Below, one piece after another: positions 1 through 9,950 of a stretch of 64,000 nucleotides of DNA; position 1 is the first letter of the stretch; every line of letters begins with the position of its first letter. Made by a program: the position numbers and the translations under genes. Below the pieces are notes generated by a model, which made no database searches, had not been told where the DNA came from, and saw nothing but the letters and a program-made list of their open reading frames with translations. The stretch is from an uncultured Alphaproteobacteria bacterium (GTDB lineage Bacteria; Pseudomonadota; Alphaproteobacteria; Rhizobiales; Xanthobacteraceae). The stretch lies in NCBI GenBank assembly GCA_963817135.1, contig CAWFNG010000008.1:99095-163094 (forward strand). Reading direction: 5' to 3'.

Positions 1-136
1 CCGGGTCTTGCGCTCCTGGTCCGACGGCACAACAATTCCACAGTTCGGCCAGGTGCCTATTGGACGGAGTTGATCCGGCAAGGATGCTCTTGCTGTTTTC
101 GTGCGGCAGCCGGGCGGCCAGCGTGCGCGCCGTCAT
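1..136 (-). CDS. unidentified gene, 5' end only (runs off the left edge)
   Basis: ATG at complement 134-136, preceded 8 nt upstream by GAGGAG (complement 145-150). The frame stays open to position 1. Divergent from the regulator at 210. Only 45 codons are visible, so no family call is possible. Confidence 0.3.
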   Translation of the reverse strand, partial: MTARTLAARLPHENSKSILAGSTPSNRHLAELWNCCAVGPGAQDP

Positions 137-209
137 TCCGTTTTCTCCTCTTAAGTCAAGGCCTTGGGGGGAATACGCTGCAAGCCGATTTCAATACCGC
201 CACAGAGGC

Positions 210-1592
210 ATGACGGTGAGGTTGGAACGCCCCGCCAGCTTGACCCGCACGGCCGTGCAGCACGCCGAACGCGTCTATTCGGTTGTTGCGGAGGCGGCAG
301 CACCTGTGCCGGAAATCGAGGAGCTGTCGAGCTCCTGGCAGCGTTCCACGAATAGATACGGCGTCGATCCCCTCGACAGCAGGTCGCCGCGTATCCTCAC
401 CCTTGGCGAGCTGAAGGATTTTCGTGAGCCGCTCGGCAACCTCATCTCGACCGCGCAGGAGGAGCTCGACCGCCTGTACAAGGTGGTTCGCGAGGCCGGA
501 TACACGGTCTTGTTCTGCGACACCGCGGGTGTCGCAGTAGAGCATCGCGGCGAAGATACGGAGGCGAGCCGGTTTGAATACTGGGGAACTTGGCTTGGCG
601 GGGTCTGGGCCGAGGAGAGCGAGGGCACCAACGGCATCGGCACCTGCATCGCCGAGGAGCGCCCCGTAACAGTCCACCGAAGCCAGCATTTCCGGTCGAG
701 GCATTGAATTTGAGCTGCTCCGGCGCGCCGATCTTCGGCGTCGACGGACGGTTGCTGGCGGTACTCGACGTATCAGCCATCGATCCCGGACGCTCGGAAC
801 GCGCACATGCGCTCACCGGTGCCCTAACGGTGAATTCGGCGCGCGCCATCGAGGAGCGGCTCTTTCGCGAGCATTTCCGTCACGATTGGGTCATTGCGAT
901 CGTGTCGCCGGGGGAGGATTCTTCCGGCATGTTGCTGGCGGTGGATGGCGACCAGCGCGTGGTCGGCGCAAACCGCGTCGCGCGCAGATCCCTCCTGCTC
1001 GATGATCGCGGTCTTCAAGCCGGCGTCAGCCTGTGGACGATGTTCAAGCAGGATCTCGAACTCTTTCGACGCAAGGACAGGGCCGATATCGCGACGCGCT
1101 TGGTGGTCGGAGGGAGTCACGACAGCCATTCTGCCCTGGTGACGCCGCCGATCCAGCCCTTCGCGGATTCGCGCAATGCGGCAAACGCCGCACTGCACGC
1201 GCGCCCCCGCCTGGATGTGATCAGCGCTCTCGCGAAGATGGCGCCAGCACCACAAGCACACGGCGGACTGTCGCCCGCGGCTATGCGCCGGGTCCGGGAA
1301 TATGTGCACGCGCACCTGGGGGTCAGCACGGATCTAGCAACGCTGGCCGGCGTTGCGGGAGTTCTCGATCCACCATTTCGCGCGAGGATTCAAGCAGTCC
1401 GCCGGCGTGACGCCGCACCACTATCTCACCCAGAAGCGAGTCGAACGCGCCCAAGACTTGTTGGCTCACACGGATCTATCGCTGTCGGAGATTGCGTATG
1501 CTGTGGGGTTTTCCGACCAAAGTCACCTGGCGCGTCATTTCCGTCAGGTGCTCGGCGTCACGCCCGGACAGTTCCGGTGGGCACAGCGCTAG
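210..1592 (+). pseudogene. GAF-domain / AraC-type HTH transcriptional regulator (AcoR-like N-terminus), frame broken twice
   Basis: Three ORF pieces join into one protein. Piece 1 is 210-707 (..GTNGIGTCIAEERPVTVHRSQHF). Piece 2 is about 704-1360 in another frame (LNLSCSGAPIFGVDGRLLAVLDVS.., GAF-like core). Piece 3 is about 1362-1592, back in the first frame (FSIHHFARGFKQSAGVTPHHYL..SDQSHLARHFRQ, AraC HTH). This implies a 1-nt loss near 704 and a 1-nt gain near 1361. Confidence 0.6.
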
Positions 1593-1833
1593 CATGGGTC
1601 GAGCGACTGGTCCGCAGGGTCATGATCGTGGTTGGGATGCGCTTGGCCGAGGAATGCTATCGGAACGTTCGGTTCCACGCACGGTGACGAGATCGTGCTT
1701 CAACACGGGGTGAACGAGTGACTTCTCCTGCGGGTGTGACGTCGGGGCGGGCGCGTGTTCGGCCAGTAAAGCGCGCCAAACCGGCGCTAAATCCTGCAAA
1801 GCAGGAAAGGTGCATGGCGTTGACAAGCGCGCG

Positions 1834-2349
1834 CTACCTGATTGGCGCTACAAAGCAATAGCCGCGCCCGGGGATATTGATAATGAATCGATTCCCTTCA
1901 CGTCCGTCACGCAGCGCGCGGCGCAATGCAGAAACATGGACAGTGAGGTTGGCCGGCTCGACAAACAGCTTCGGCCAAACCCGAGCCATCAACTCCCGCT
2001 TCGTGACCAGCTCGCCCGGCCGTTCAAGCAGGACCATGAGTATATGCATGGCGCGACCGCCCAGAGGCACCGGTTTGTCGCCTTCCAGCAGAAGAAATTG
2101 TGCCGGAAGCAAGCGATAGGGCCCAAATGAAATCTCACGCGTCGTCGCGCCGGCAGGTTTGCCTGCTTTCGGCTGGTTGGCATCCGGACTTTGCAGGGGG
2201 CGTCTTACGTCAACGCTCGAGTCGGAATTCAATCGGTCCAACAGTGGCACGTCGTTCATTCGCAAGCGTTCGGAAGCCGCCGTCGATCCTGATAAAGCAA
2301 TAGTGGTTTCCAGCATCGCTGTATCTCCCGGAAAGTTGTCCGTCATCTT
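1834..2349 (-). CDS. stand-alone winged-helix (OmpR/PhoB-type, CadC-like) DNA-binding protein
   Basis: The C-terminal ~100 aa (ISFGPYRLLPAQFLLLEGDKPVPLGGRAMHILMVLLERPGELVTKRELMARVWP..NLTVHVSALRRAL..INIPGRGYCF) look like a trans_reg_C winged helix. No receiver or ATPase domain is present. The start is uncertain (ATG at 2349, ORF open to 2400). Confidence 0.5.
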   Translation of the reverse strand, partial: KMTDNFPGDTAMLETTIALSGSTAASERLRMNDVPLLDRLNSDSSVDVRRPLQSPDANQPKAGKPAGATTREISFGPYRLLPAQFLLLEGDKPVPLGGRAMHILMVLLERPGELVTKRELMARVWPKLFVEPANLTVHVSALRRALRDGREGNRFIINIPGRGYCFVAPIR

Positions 2350-2494
2350 GTGCTCCTCACGCGAATGCGACGCATTTCCTGCGCCGGCTCGCAACACCAT
2401 GCACGGAAGGATTGCGGGCTGGGCGTTTTGCCGTTGACCGTGACGAATCTCATGTGCCGCCTTCCAATGAGAAGAGAGTAGGCCTCAACTTCGA

Positions 2495-3094
2495 TCACCC
2501 GTGCAGCTTGCTTGCGGTCTCCGCAATCTTGCGGCCCTGGTAGCGGGCTCCCTCGAGCTCGTTCGCGGTGGGCAGTCGCGAGCCATCTCCGCCGGTGATC
2601 GTCGTGGCACCGTAGGGCGAGCCGCCGGTAATCTCGTCAAGCGTCATCTGTCCGGCATGGCCGTAATCGAGGCCCACAACCACCATGCCGAAGTGCAGAA
2701 GATTGGTGATGATCGAGAACAGCGTCGTCTCCTGCCCGCCATGTTGCGTGGCGCTCGACGTAAACGCGCCGCCGACCTTGCCGTGCAACGCTCCGCGCGC
2801 CCAAAGTCCGCCGGCCTGGTCGAGGAAATTGGCCATCTGCGACGGCAGTCGCCCAAACCGCGTGCCGGTACCGATGATGATCGCGTCGTAGGCAGCAAGG
2901 TCATCGACCTTTGCGATCGGCGCCACCTGATCGAACTTGTAGTGTGACTTGCGCGCGATCTCCTCGGGCACGAGTTCGGGCACGCGCTTGATGTCAACAT
3001 GCGCACCGGCCTGCCGCGCCCCTTCGGCGACCGCATTCGCCATCGCTTCGATATGGCCGTAGGAAGAGTAGTAGAGAACCAGAACCTTCGACAT
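2495..3094 (-). CDS. wrbA: NAD(P)H:quinone oxidoreductase, type IV (flavodoxin-like WrbA)
   Basis: 199 aa. [19 protein letters not shown].. N-terminus and the ..GGQETT.. and ..SPYGA.. motifs are characteristic of WrbA. Confidence 0.9.
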   Translation of the reverse strand: MSKVLVLYYSSYGHIEAMANAVAEGARQAGAHVDIKRVPELVPEEIARKSHYKFDQVAPIAKVDDLAAYDAIIIGTGTRFGRLPSQMANFLDQAGGLWARGALHGKVGGAFTSSATQHGGQETTLFSIITNLLHFGMVVVGLDYGHAGQMTLDEITGGSPYGATTITGGDGSRLPTANELEGARYQGRKIAETASKLHG

Positions 3095-3138
3095 GATGTT
3101 CTCCTCGATGGTTTTGTGTTTGGCGCGCCGCGCTGCCC

Positions 3139-3840
3139 CTATGGCGCGTCGACCATTACGACCTCTGAATCCACAGTTGCCGTGATCCTGACGACAGCGA
3201 CATCTTTGATGGCGGCGCCGTCGCGCGCATCGATCCTCAGGCCGTTGACCTCGACCGCGCCCGAGGCAGGCACCAGGTAGCCATAACGTCCTTCACCAAG
3301 CGCGTATTCGACGGTTTCGCCCGCCCTCAGCATGGCGCCCAGCACGCGGGCGCGAGCGCGAATGGGCAGTGCGTCCTTGTCGTTGTCGAAGCCGCTCGCG
3401 AGCGTGACGAAGCGCCCGGAACGATCGGCCTTGGGGAACGGTTGCGACCCCCAGGCGGGTGACCCGCCCTTGGAGCTGGGAATGATCCAGATCTGGAAAA
3501 TCCGGGTTGGCCGTCGTTCCAGGTTGTATTCGGCGTGCCGGATACCGGCGCCGGCGCTCATCACCTGCACGTCTCCGGCTTCGGTTCGGCCTTCGTTGCC
3601 GAGACTGTCCTTGTGCGTTACCGCGCCCTCGCGGACATAGGTGATGATCTCCATGTTCGCGTGCGGGTGGGGCGGGAAGCCCGTGTCGGGCGCGATCTCA
3701 TCGTCGTTCCAGACGCGCAGCGAGCCCCAACCGATTCGCGCGGGATCGACATAGTCCGCGAAGGAGAAATGGTGCTTGGCCTTCAGCCAGCCGTGATCTT
3801 CTCCTCCGAGTTCGTTGAATGGTCTGTGTTCGATCATCGG
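3139..3840 (-). CDS. pirin family protein
   Basis: [47 protein letters not shown].. shows cupin-type His ligands and the pirin N-terminal signature. Start taken at the MIEHRP ATG (3840) inside the longer ORF. Confidence 0.85.
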   Translation of the reverse strand, partial: PMIEHRPFNELGGEDHGWLKAKHHFSFADYVDPARIGWGSLRVWNDDEIAPDTGFPPHPHANMEIITYVREGAVTHKDSLGNEGRTEAGDVQVMSAGAGIRHAEYNLERRPTRIFQIWIIPSSKGGSPAWGSQPFPKADRSGRFVTLASGFDNDKDALPIRARARVLGAMLRAGETVEYALGEGRYGYLVPASGAVEVNGLRIDARDGAAIKDVAVVRITATVDSEVVMVDAP

Positions 3841-3902
3841 CGCTCTTCCTGGCAATGGTCCTGTTCGGCGACACCTATGGACACGGCCATGCATTAGAAA
3901 TA

Positions 3903-3926
3903 GAAACTATCGAAACTCATAGTTTC
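3903..3926. promoter_or_regulatory. perfect dyad GAAACTAT-N8-ATAGTTTC in the pirin/LysR divergent intergenic region; candidate LysR-type operator
   Basis: The dyad is read directly from the sequence, 14 nt upstream of the LysR ATG (3940). LTTRs typically autoregulate from dyads in divergent promoters. Confidence 0.4.
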
Positions 3927-3939
3927 TGAATTTGACCAG

Positions 3940-4902
3940 ATGGCCGAGCTGCCGGACTTCGAAGGCCTGGCGATCTTCGCCAAGGTCGTGGAGCTTCGTT
4001 CCTTCGCCGGGGCGGCGGCGGAGCTGAAACTTTCCAAAGCCACCGTCTCGAAAGCCGTCAGCAGGATCGAGGCGCGGCTGGGCGCGCGGCTCATCAACCG
4101 CACGTCGCGGCGGCTCGCACTCACCGACGCCGGACGGCAGCTCTCTGGTCGCGCCGCGCAGATTCTCGCCGATGGCGAAGCCGCCGAGGACGCCACGCTG
4201 GCGCAAGCAACGGCACCGCGCGGGCTGGTGCGGCTGGCCGCACCCATCTCCTTCGGGGTGCTGCACCTCGCGCCCCTGCTGCCGGAATTCCTTGCCGCCT
4301 ATCCGGAGGTGTCGGTCGATCTCCACCTGAGCGATGCGATGGTGGACCTCATCGGCGAGGGGTTCGACGCGGCAATCCGCCTCGCCGTCTTGCCCGACTC
4401 CTCGCTCGTTGCGCGGCGGCTTTGTGAGATGCCTCGCTATCTGGTCGGCTCACCCACCTACTTGGACAAGCATGGCAGACCGAGGCATCCTCTCCACCTC
4501 GCGCAGCACCGCTGCATTGTCTACAGCCATGGCATGACGGCCGAGACTTGGCGCTTTACCAAGGACGGCAGATCCGCGACCGTGCGGCCGTCGGGTCCGC
4601 TGCGCGTGAACAACGGTGACGCGATGATGCCGGCCCTGATCGCGGGGTCCGGCCTCGGCATCCTGCCCGAATTCATTTTGCGCGACACACTTGCCGCCGG
4701 CCAGCTGGAGAGATTGCTGCCCGACTGGTCTATACCCCTGGGTGCTGTTTATTGGCTAACGCCGCCCGCGGGACCGCGGCCCAAACGGGTCGAGGTCCTC
4801 GGCGATTTTCTGATCGAGAAGCTCGCCCGGCACACGAAGCGCGAAGCGAGAGCAGCGCCTGCGGGCATGCTGCGGCCGGCAGGCAAAGCCAAGCGGGTAT
4901 GA
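3940..4902 (+). CDS. LysR family transcriptional regulator
   Basis: The N-terminal HTH (FEGLAIFAKVVELRSFAGAAAELKLSKATVSKAVSRIEARLGARLINRTSR) plus a LysR substrate-binding-like C-terminus. Divergent from the pirin gene. Confidence 0.85.
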   Translation: MAELPDFEGLAIFAKVVELRSFAGAAAELKLSKATVSKAVSRIEARLGARLINRTSRRLALTDAGRQLSGRAAQILADGEAAEDATLAQATAPRGLVRLAAPISFGVLHLAPLLPEFLAAYPEVSVDLHLSDAMVDLIGEGFDAAIRLAVLPDSSLVARRLCEMPRYLVGSPTYLDKHGRPRHPLHLAQHRCIVYSHGMTAETWRFTKDGRSATVRPSGPLRVNNGDAMMPALIAGSGLGILPEFILRDTLAAGQLERLLPDWSIPLGAVYWLTPPAGPRPKRVEVLGDFLIEKLARHTKREARAAPAGMLRPAGKAKRV

Positions 4903-5062
4903 AGTCTGCGAGCGCGGCAACATTTCAAAGGCAGAATTGCCCGGGTTCTGGTTCGAGGCGGGGCTGAGGTTCCACCAGCATCTGTGGATGAATTTCGCGC
5001 TACGAAGGAACCATTACAAGATTCGCTCAATTTCCCATGGAGGGGCCAGGACGGAGAATGAA

Positions 5063-5389
5063 ATGCGAAAGCTTTTGGCAATCTTCTGCGCGGCGGCGAC
5101 CGTGGCCTCGGCGGCAGCCGTTTTCGCATCTACTCCAGCGCAAGCCTGGGGTTACCGAGCCTACCGACCCTACGCTTACACGTACTATCGACCTTACGCC
5201 TTCTATCGACCGTACATCTACACGTACGCCTACCGGCCTTATTACCGGCCTTACGCTTATACCTATGCGTACCGGCCGTACTTCTACAGGCCGTATGCGT
5301 ACGCATACGGCTACCGTCCATACCGTGCCTACGCTTATTCCGGTTATGGCCCGCGCATCTGGCTGGGCTGGAGACGGCGGTGGTGGTAA
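5063..5389 (+). CDS. small secreted Tyr/Arg/Pro repeat protein (8 x YRPY), function unknown
   Basis: ATG at 5063 with GGAG about 7-10 nt upstream. Sec-type signal MRKLLAIFCAAATVASAAAVFASTPAQA. The 80-aa mature part has 28 Tyr and eight YRPY units. A rho-independent terminator follows. Confidence 0.55.
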   Translation: MRKLLAIFCAAATVASAAAVFASTPAQAWGYRAYRPYAYTYYRPYAFYRPYIYTYAYRPYYRPYAYTYAYRPYFYRPYAYAYGYRPYRAYAYSGYGPRIWLGWRRRWW

Positions 5390-5455
5390 CAAAGGCAGCT
5401 CTCCGGCAACCTTTGTTGGAACCGGAGCCGTCAAACGTCGATTTATGACGCAATG

Positions 5456-5487
5456 AAGCCCCGAGAAAGTACGCTCGGGGCTTTTTG
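5456..5487 (+). terminator. rho-independent terminator after the YRPY-repeat gene
   Basis: 10-bp stem AAGCCCCGAG / CTCGGGGCTT with an 8-nt loop, followed by a T-run (ctttttg). Confidence 0.7.
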
Positions 5488-5646
5488 CTGCCGCCTGCAC
5501 TGCGCTCGGGGCGAGGTATTCCTCCAGACCCGCACCGCGCATTCGAGAAGTGACCGTCACGCTCGCAGCATGGCGGCCGACTTGGAATCGCTGAGATCAA
5601 AAAGACGTTATCCGCGCGCTTCAGCGCGCGGATTTTGTCATTTTCC

Positions 5647-6897
5647 TTACCGCGAAAACCGCAGCCAATCCAGCGGCGATCTGAACGTCTGCCGATAGGG
5701 GGATCGGCGACGCGGAACGGAATTGTGAGTTGCATCGGCCGTTTGCGTCACGCTGCTTTCAGAAGCCTGTCCTTCGGAACTGGGCTGCGCCGATGCGTCG
5801 GGCGCGGCCTCTGCGGGCTTCTTTATGGCGAGCAGCAGGTTCGACTCGTTCGGCCGCCAGCGGTAGCCGATGCCGAAATCGATGGAATGGGCATTCCTGA
5901 AGAGGGCGGCATAGTTCGCCTGGTACCTGCCGGGGAAGACCCCGATCGGGCCGAGATAGCGGCCGAACGGATGCAGGTCCCACTTCTTCGGGTCGAAGTA
6001 GCGCAGCGGGACGCCGGAATCGTCCTGCACCATGGCCGCGCTGTCGGCGACGAGGAAGTCCCGCACCTTGGTGAAGCCGCCGGAGTGCAGGAGATAGGAG
6101 GCACTCTTTATGAGGCTGTCCCCGGGGCCGAGCGACTCCAAAAATTTCAGGAAGTTGCTGTTCCTGACGCCGTCGTCGGCAAGGTTGGTGCTGAAGTAAT
6201 AGAGCGTCCGTTCCTCGCCGTCGCTGCCGGCGAACACGATTTTCACGCCGCGCGCCCCGCTCCCGCGGCCCCCATCGGTATCCGGTTGCACCGCGCCCTG
6301 TTCGTCAATCTTGACCAGAGAGGCCTCGCGCACGGTCTTCCCCGAGCGCGCCAGGAATACGTAGAGGATCGGCAGCGTGCCGTTGACCCGGCCGACGTGC
6401 AGGTCCGATCTCATCCGGTGGGTGATGAAGAACGTGTGCGACAGCAGCGTGCTGATCGAGGCATGCAGGTGGTAAAGGTTCGGCGCGATCGACCCGCGCA
6501 GCGTGGTGAGGTCGGGCACCGTGCCGACCGGCTCGAGACCGGCGAGCACATAGGTCTTGGCGTTCGGATAGAAGGCATTTGCATAAAGGAAGTCAGGGCC
6601 GCTGAACATGTAGAACATGGCCGGGCGCGACGCCGTGAGATTGCTCTTTGACCAGGCGCGAATCCGGGCGAGCTGGCCTTGGTCGAGGCGGCCGAAGGCG
6701 CCGTCGAAGCTGCGGGCATGCTGCTGCCAGCTGCCGTCCTTGGTCAGCGGCGCGAGCGGCAACTCGGCGTCAACCGGCATGCCGGCGAGGAACCGCGCGG
6801 TGTCATTTGGAGATGCGGTGTCGGCGGCATGCACCGGCCCCAGTGCCGAGAAAAACAGGCCTGCTGCGGCGGCGATGATCGTTCTGCGCTGAAACAT
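5647..6897 (-). CDS. conserved hypothetical exported protein
   Basis: Long ORF with a signal-like N-terminus MFQRRTIIAAAAGLFFSALGPVHA. It lies 10 nt downstream of the permease gene on the same strand. No family recognised. Confidence 0.55.
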   Translation of the reverse strand: MFQRRTIIAAAAGLFFSALGPVHAADTASPNDTARFLAGMPVDAELPLAPLTKDGSWQQHARSFDGAFGRLDQGQLARIRAWSKSNLTASRPAMFYMFSGPDFLYANAFYPNAKTYVLAGLEPVGTVPDLTTLRGSIAPNLYHLHASISTLLSHTFFITHRMRSDLHVGRVNGTLPILYVFLARSGKTVREASLVKIDEQGAVQPDTDGGRGSGARGVKIVFAGSDGEERTLYYFSTNLADDGVRNSNFLKFLESLGPGDSLIKSASYLLHSGGFTKVRDFLVADSAAMVQDDSGVPLRYFDPKKWDLHPFGRYLGPIGVFPGRYQANYAALFRNAHSIDFGIGYRWRPNESNLLLAIKKPAEAAPDASAQPSSEGQASESSVTQTADATHNSVPRRRSPYRQTFRSPLDWLRFSR

Positions 6898-6907
6898 GTG
6901 TGCGGAC

Positions 6908-8270
6908 TCACGTTGGCGTTGCAAGGCCTGGATTTCTCCGCGACCGTGACAGGTAGTAGACGGCGAGGCCTGACGCCATCATCAGCACGCCGATGAACGA
7001 CTGCACCGGACGCTGGGTCACGAGATAGTACATCATGAACGCTGTCACCGAGAGGAAGATGACCGGCGTCACGGGATATCCCCATGCGCGATAGGGCCGC
7101 GGCAAATCAGGGCGCGTGATGCGCAGCTTGATGACCCCCAGCACCGTGAGGAACGAGCAGGCTAAGAGGCTGAACTGGATGAAGTCGAGCACCGCCTCAA
7201 AGCTTTGGGTGAGGAGCATCAGCGTCGCAACAATCGGCCTGGAACAAGATCGCGGTGGTCGGCACGCCGGCCCACGATCGGCGGGCAAACATGCGCAGCA
7301 TCGGAATGTCCTCGCCCATCGTCATCGTTACCCGCGGACCGATCCACATCATGGCGCTGATCGACGAAACAAGGCCGACGCAGATCAGCGCGCCGACGAT
7401 GCGGCCGCCGAGATCGCCGAACACATGCTTGCCGGCAATAACGGCAATATCGAGTTGCCCGGCGAGCTGATTGATCGGCGTGCTGTAGAGAAAAAGCGCG
7501 TTCAGCGCGACATAGAGCACGATGACGATCGCTGTCCCGACCAGGAGCGAACGCGGCAGGCTCCGCTGCGGGTCGTGCATCTCGCCGGCAATGTAGGTCG
7601 CGGCATTCCAGCCCGAATACGAATACATCACGAAGACGAGGCTGATTGCGAAGGATGCGCTGATCACGTACGAGGCATCGGCAGAGGACGGGGCGAATGA
7701 GATGGGCTGCGGCGTTGCGAGCGCGAACCCCGCGACCAGAAATGCGAGGATCAGAGCCACCTTCAGAACGGTCCAGGCCATCTGGAACGCGCTGCTGTAG
7801 CGGAGGCCGCGCAGTCCAACGAGCGATACGATCCAGACGACGCAGAGGCCGAGCACCAGCGGCGGAACACCCGGAAGGATCGCCTTGCCGTATTGGCCGA
7901 ACGCCATGGCGGCGAGCGCCACCGGGGCGGCAAAACCGACCGTGGCCGACAGCCAGCCCGCCAGGAAGCCCAGGGCCGGATGGTACGTCTGCCGCAGGAA
8001 ATTGTACTCGCCGCTGGAGCGGGGAAACATCGCGGCGAGCTCGCCGTAGGAAAATACCCCGCACAGCGCGACGCCACCCCCGACCACCCACAGAAGAAGC
8101 AGCGAGAAGCCGGAGGGGATTCCCTGCACCTGGAATCCAAGGCTGGTGAACACGCCGACGCCGACCATGTCGGCTACCACAATGGCAGTCGCGGTCAGCA
8201 TGGAGACGGTCAGCCGGATTGGCGGAAGTCCCGCTAAATGCGCCGGACTCCCAACGTCGATAATAGCCAT
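6908..8270 (-). pseudogene. APC-family amino acid permease, frame broken once
   Basis: ORF 7197-8291 is polytopic (..SGEYNFLRQTYHP..) and ends ..GVPTTAILFQ. It continues as IVATLMLLTQSFEAVLDFIQFSL.. in ORF 6908-7288. One extra nt near 7240 accounts for the break. Start at 8270 (MAIIDVG) has GAAGGGG 4 nt upstream. Confidence 0.65.
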
Positions 8271-8435
8271 GCGCCCCTTCCGCCGTGTCACGCCCGCATC
8301 GGATCAATCATTAAAGAAAGGCATTACTGCGCCACAACAGCGATCTAAACCATAACGATGAGTAAATTCATAACCGTAGTAAATTGATCACACATCGGCC
8401 GCCGCGCGAGCCGCAAACTCGGAATATTCCCCACC

Positions 8436-8490
8436 CGACTGCCTTCGCTTCGCTCGGCAGTCGACCTCCCCCTTTCAGGGGGAGGTTTTT
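8436..8490. repeat. REP-like double hairpin (CGACTGCC..GGCAGTCG, then ACCTCCCCC-tttca-GGGGGAGGT + T5)
   Basis: Palindromes read directly. It shares TTCGCTCG + CCTC(T)CCC-loop-GGG(A)GAGG with the unit at 13478-13516. Confidence 0.5.
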
Positions 8491-8652
8491 ACTGCATAGC
8501 TTTCCCCAGCCCCGCCATCCCGGCTCACAATACCGACATAATCTAATGTTTTCAGTACCGTGGGGCAGCTGGGGGAGTTCCGGAGAAAGGCGATCGGTGG
8601 TGTTTGCGGACTTGCCGCACACCCAGCGCGTCTGACTTGGAACTGTGTGGGG

Positions 8653-9834
8653 ATGGTATCTGCGGGATCGTCAGTCCCGAAAAGCAGCGTCACGAGTGAT
8701 TTCACGGGAGCGTGCGCGCCAAGCCTGTGGCGGCGCTGGGCGGCGATCTCGCCTGCGCTCGTCGCGCTGCCGTGTCTTCTTCTCCAGGGCTGTGGAAATT
8801 CAGAGCCCAAGACGCTCGCCAAAGCGGATGCAGCGATGCTGCTCTCCGGGTCTAGCACGCACGACGTGAGCCCCCGTGGCGTCGCGAGTGCCGACGCCGT
8901 GCAGACTGGGCCCGTGGATTCATTTGCCGACCGGTATGCCGCCGCCGACAGCTATGCTCCGAGATCCGCTCCGAAGATGGTCGTCGATCGCGTCGGAACG
9001 CTCCCGCCGGGCTCCTACAAGGTGGCCTCGCTGTCGCCGGATCTGCCCTTTGGCATGTCGGCCGTCAAGCAGGCGCACACGCATCTGATCGGCTTCGACA
9101 ACTCGGCCTTCCCGTCTCCCGGCAAGAGCTACAGCGACAACCGTGTTCTCGTCCACGTGCCCTCCGGGTTCGACGTGCGCAAACCGGGGGTCATCGTCGT
9201 ATTCTTCCACGGCCACGGCGCTACCCTCGAGCGCGACGTGCGCGACCGTCAGCTGCTGCCCAAGCAGATTTCCGAATCCGGGATCAATGCCGTGCTGGTC
9301 GCGCCGCAGCTTGCCTACGACGCCGCCGATTCCAGCGCCGGCAAGCTTGCCGAGCGCGGCGGCTTCAAGCGGTTCATGACGGAAGCGGCCGAGCATCTTG
9401 CCCGCATCTATGGGGATGCGCGCGCCACCCAGGCCTTCGCAAAGATGCCGGTGATTATTGTGGCCTATAGCGGCGGCTTCGTCTCCGCCGCCCACAGCCT
9501 GAGTGTCGGCGGTCTCGGCAAGCGCGTTCGCGGCGTGGTTCTGCTCGATGCCCTCTACGGGGAAATTGACAAGTACTCCTCGTGGATCGCCAAGAACCGC
9601 TCCGGCTTTTTCGTCAGCGCCTACACGGCGTATACCAAACGCCACGATGACGACCTCGCGAAAATCCTCCGCGACAAAGGCATCGCCGTCACCGACGAAC
9701 TCAATGGTTACCTGAAGCCGGGGACCGTTGCCTTCCTGCAAACCCCTGAAGGCGCCCGACACCGCGATTACGTCACGCTCGCCTGGACCGAGCACCCGGT
9801 GACCGACATCCTGCTGAGAATCCCGCGCCGCTGA
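8653..9834 (+). CDS. putative lipoprotein with alpha/beta-hydrolase-like core
   Basis: Lipobox LLLQGC. VIVVFFHGHG and an AYSGG nucleophile-elbow-like motif. Start codon uncertain (ORF open from 8560). Confidence 0.45.
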   Translation: MVSAGSSVPKSSVTSDFTGACAPSLWRRWAAISPALVALPCLLLQGCGNSEPKTLAKADAAMLLSGSSTHDVSPRGVASADAVQTGPVDSFADRYAAADSYAPRSAPKMVVDRVGTLPPGSYKVASLSPDLPFGMSAVKQAHTHLIGFDNSAFPSPGKSYSDNRVLVHVPSGFDVRKPGVIVVFFHGHGATLERDVRDRQLLPKQISESGINAVLVAPQLAYDAADSSAGKLAERGGFKRFMTEAAEHLARIYGDARATQAFAKMPVIIVAYSGGFVSAAHSLSVGGLGKRVRGVVLLDALYGEIDKYSSWIAKNRSGFFVSAYTAYTKRHDDDLAKILRDKGIAVTDELNGYLKPGTVAFLQTPEGARHRDYVTLAWTEHPVTDILLRIPRR

Positions 9835-9950
9835 CCCTGGTAGCCCGGATGAGAGACTCCGGCGCGCTTTGCGCGCAGGGGTGAATTCATCCGGGGCCCA
9901 CTTTGCTGCATCCCAGATCATGTCATGCGCGACATGCAGTCGCCGGTGAC

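Noticed and set aside
8384-8635. The 83-aa ORF (MITHRPPREPQTRNIPHPTAFASLGSRPPPFRGR..) as a gene.
   Set aside because: It is the translation of the REP-like double hairpin and promoter region upstream of the permease. It has no RBS and no protein-like composition.
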